A stretch of 64,000 nt of DNA. It comes from a virus. Its lineage: Duplodnaviria; Caudoviricetes. How positions within the stretch are numbered: the stretch's first letter is position 1; every line of letters begins with the position of its first letter. The stretch spans positions 37,396 through 101,395 of the IMG/VR virus record IMGVR_UViG_2061766007_000924; one strand, 5' to 3'. The translations under genes were made by a program, and so were the position numbers. The notes under the pieces were generated by a model that saw nothing but the letters and a program-made list of their open reading frames with translations, made no database searches and was not told where the DNA came from. Positions 61,819 to 64,000 of the stretch are shown here, piece by piece.

Positions 61819-61885
61819 CACCAAATATATACATTGAAATCCGTGCATATTAGCCATTGCAAAATCACGGGGAATTTGGTAAAAT
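61819..61885 (+). promoter_or_regulatory. Repeated phage promoter P10, upstream of tRNA cluster 2
   Basis: CACCAA-N16-CCGTGCA-N9-TTGCAA-N17-TAAAAT. Confidence 0.7.
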
Positions 61886-62112
61886 ACATTATGTCAAGGA
61901 TAAGTGAGAGCTGCTTGACGGCCTGTGCTTTTCTTGATAGCGCTATGGGCAAGGCGCTGATTAGGATCTTCCGAGGGCTGCACCAGAGGGAAAGAGCCAA
62001 TCAAAGTTGCTCAGGATGGTGGACATTTATTAGCCGTGCAGGGCGTGTCCTAAAACGAGCGGCCTACACTCCAGAAGACTGTGGCGAGTAGATTAAGCTT
62101 GGGTCTTCAAAT

Positions 62113-62188
62113 GCTGTCGTGGCGCAACGGGCAGCGCACGCGATTTGTAATCGTGAGGTTGGAGGTTCGATTCCTCTCGGCAGCTCCA
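62113..62188 (+). tRNA. tRNA-Thr(TGT)
   Basis: Acceptor GCTGTCG/CGGCAGC, anticodon arm CGCGA-TTTGTAA-TCGTG, CCA. Confidence 0.9.
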
Positions 62189-62191
62189 TAC

Positions 62192-62266
62192 AGTGATGTA
62201 GCATAATGGTAATGCACCTGACTTTGACTCAGGGTATTGGAGGTTCGAGTCCTTCCGTCACTGCCA
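62192..62266 (+). tRNA. tRNA-Gln(TTG)
   Basis: Acceptor AGTGATG/CGTCACT, anticodon arm CCTGA-CTTTGAC-TCAGG, GCCA. Confidence 0.9.
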
Positions 62267-62352
62267 GTAGTATCGCCAAACAACAAAACTGGTGTCACGA
62301 AGTCCGCGAGACTTAATGTGCTGTGTGAGGATCGAGCCGCCAGTAACAAAAT

Positions 62353-62428
62353 GGTTCTTTAGCTCAATTGGCAGAGCATGCGGCTGTTAACCGCAGGGTT
62401 ACAAGTTCGATTCTTGTAAGAACCGCCA
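62353..62428 (+). tRNA. tRNA-Asn(GTT)
   Basis: Acceptor GGTTCTT/AAGAACC, anticodon arm TGCGG-CTGTTAA-CCGCA, GCCA. Confidence 0.92.
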
Positions 62429-62509
62429 CAACTGTCAAAAGCCACATTGACAGTCTCGAAAGAGTTGCAGGAAGGGCGCACCCGCACTGCGTAAAATGGG
62501 GTGCTACAT

Positions 62510-62598
62510 GTAGCCTTGCTCGAATTGGTAAGAGGCAAGATTGCTAATCTTAGGCCACGGGAAACTGTGTACAGGTTCGAGTCCTGTAGGCTACGCCA
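62510..62598 (+). tRNA. tRNA-Ser(GCT)
   Basis: Acceptor GTAGCCT/AGGCTAC, loop TTGCTAA, long variable arm, GCCA. Confidence 0.85.
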
Positions 62599-62685
62599 GA
62601 GGGATGACTGCTTTTGACTTCGTTCTAATCTAACCTCATAAAAGGGAAGAAACGAGTCGCGCCCACTGCGAGAGTGTGGGATTAT

Positions 62686-62759
62686 GCGGGTGTAGTTCAA
62701 TGGTAGAACAACAGCCTTCCAAGCTGTGGACACGAGTTCGATCCTCGTTATCCGCTCCA
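62686..62759 (+). tRNA. tRNA-Gly(TCC)
   Basis: Acceptor GCGGGTG/TATCCGC, anticodon arm ACAGC-CTTCCAA-GCTGT, TCCA. Confidence 0.92.
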
Positions 62760-62947
62760 GATAAAACCGTCATGATTTCGGTCATGGCGGATTTTTGATG
62801 CTTTCACGGGGGTGCGGCGGGGCGCTCTCGTTTTCTCATGCGTATTCCTTCGCCTCACGGGTGCTGGACTGATAGGTAGGTTCGTAGGCTGAAAATAAGC
62901 ATCGCGGGTGAAAATCCCGCAATAAAAATAGGGGGTCAAAATTAAAC

Positions 62948-63427
62948 ATGGAGTTAGTAAAGCTGAGGGTAGATGAGATTCGTCCTTATCAAAACAATCC
63001 TCGCTACATAGAAGAAGCGGTGCTCGCAGTCGAAGAGAGCATTGAGCAAGTGGGCTACATTACGCCGATCATTGTAGACGAGAACAAGGAAATTCTTTGC
63101 GGTCACACGAGGTGGAAGAGTCTGGACAACCTTGCTCGTGATGAGGTAGAGTGCATCATGGTCAAAGGGCTGACAGACGAACAAAAGAGAAAGTTCAGAC
63201 TTCTGGACAATAAAACAGCGGAAATCGCCGATTGGGATTACGAAAAGCTCATGAACGAGCTGGAGGATCTTGATTTCGGCGATTTTGATTTTTTCTCGAA
63301 GGAAATTGAGAAGATGGCTGATAAGACAATTGCGGAGCATGCAGATCCCAAAGAGAAGGTTGTTATTTGTCCGCGCTGCGGGAAGGTTGTTGTAGGGCTT
63401 GTGAACATGGAGGAGTATGAGGATTAA
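62948..63427 (+). CDS. ParB/Srx-like N-terminal domain protein
   Basis: 'PYQNNPR...SIEQVGYITPIIVDE...GHTR...RLLDNKT'. Confidence 0.88.
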   Translation: MELVKLRVDEIRPYQNNPRYIEEAVLAVEESIEQVGYITPIIVDENKEILCGHTRWKSLDNLARDEVECIMVKGLTDEQKRKFRLLDNKTAEIADWDYEKLMNELEDLDFGDFDFFSKEIEKMADKTIAEHADPKEKVVICPRCGKVVVGLVNMEEYED

Positions 63428-63429
63428 GT

Positions 63430-63891
63430 ATGGAAAAGAAACTGATTAAAGTAAATATCAAAGACATCATTCCCTATGAAAACAACCCCCGCAAGAACGG
63501 AAAGGCAGTAGACATAGTATCTCAAAGCATTGAGCAGGTGGGGTACAACAATCCGATCATTGTAGACGAGGATATGGTTATCCTCGCTGGACATACACGC
63601 AGACTCAGCTTGATCAAGAACGGGGCAAAGGAAATAGAGGTTCTTCAAGTCACAGGACTGACGGACGAGCAGAAGAGGAAATATCGTCTGTTGGATAACA
63701 AAACAGGTGAGTATGCATCTTGGGACTATGTAGCTTTGGTGGATGAACTGCAAGGGCTTGACTGGGATGGCCTTGAGCTTGACTGGGGCCTTGGCGGAGA
63801 AGAGCCAGAAGAACCGGAAGAGCCGGAAGAGGACGAAGAAGAGGATTTTGACTATGAGTGTCCTGAATGTGGGTTCAGGTTCAAGGCGTGA
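63430..63891 (+). CDS. ParB/Srx-like N-terminal domain protein (tandem paralog)
   Basis: 'PYENNPR...SIEQVGYNNPIIVDE...GHTR...RLLDNKT', with C-terminal CPECG. Confidence 0.88.
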   Translation: MEKKLIKVNIKDIIPYENNPRKNGKAVDIVSQSIEQVGYNNPIIVDEDMVILAGHTRRLSLIKNGAKEIEVLQVTGLTDEQKRKYRLLDNKTGEYASWDYVALVDELQGLDWDGLELDWGLGGEEPEEPEEPEEDEEEDFDYECPECGFRFKA

Positions 63892-63899
63892 GGTGTGAG

Positions 63900-64000
63900 A
63901 TGGACAATAAGCAGAATTTGAAGCTGTATAGGGCTGCGGTAAAGGATCTCAAGCCATATCCGAACAATCCGAGAATAAATGATCGGGCTGTCAACGATGT
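63900..64000 (+). CDS. Third ParB-like gene, truncated by the window end
   Basis: MDNKQNLKLYRAAVKDLKPYPNNPRINDRAVND... Confidence 0.7.
   Translation, partial: MDNKQNLKLYRAAVKDLKPYPNNPRINDRAVND

Noticed and set aside
1-64000. Alternative genetic code (stop-codon reassignment)
   Set aside because: Known genes are full length under code 11, all three stop codons are used, and no suppressor tRNA was found.

Overview
This window is a 64-kb segment of a large temperate tailed phage, most likely a siphovirus of Bacillota/Clostridia. It appears to be the non-integrated form, because attP is intact next to the integrase and phage genes flank it. Almost everything is on the + strand. Order: end of tail module and lysis genes (1-8.6 kb); small early/accessory ORFs with nucleotide enzymes (8.8-24.6 kb); attP (3' half of tRNA-Ala(GGC)), tyrosine integrase, xis and cI/cro switch (24.6-28.4 kb); recombination and replication genes (29-37.5 kb); a second accessory region with ArdC, radical SAM, ASCH and ADP-ribosylglycohydrolase, 9 tRNAs, a ~655-nt ROOL-like RNA and tandem ParB-like genes. 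Main result: at 51.5-58.2 kb there are two stand-alone RAMP/Cas7-like genes, with no other cas genes and no CRISPR array. Each sits beside its own non-coding array with strict 5-nt periodicity. System A (gene 53851-54537) has arrays of GCNNNGG heptamers separated by (NNNNG)n-NNNN spacers of 19/24/29/34 nt. System B (gene 56583-57173) has arrays of GGATTAT-like heptamers separating runs of GGY-NN pentamers. Both look like RNA-guided systems with a gapped guide code. B resembles what I recall as VIPR-type systems; A uses a different grammar. Also found: a 67-bp promoter architecture repeated ten times, a dispersed palindromic operator, and CCA-ended non-tRNA RNAs inside a tRNA cluster. All protein assignments come from motif recognition by eye and all counts are hand counts; no searches were run.
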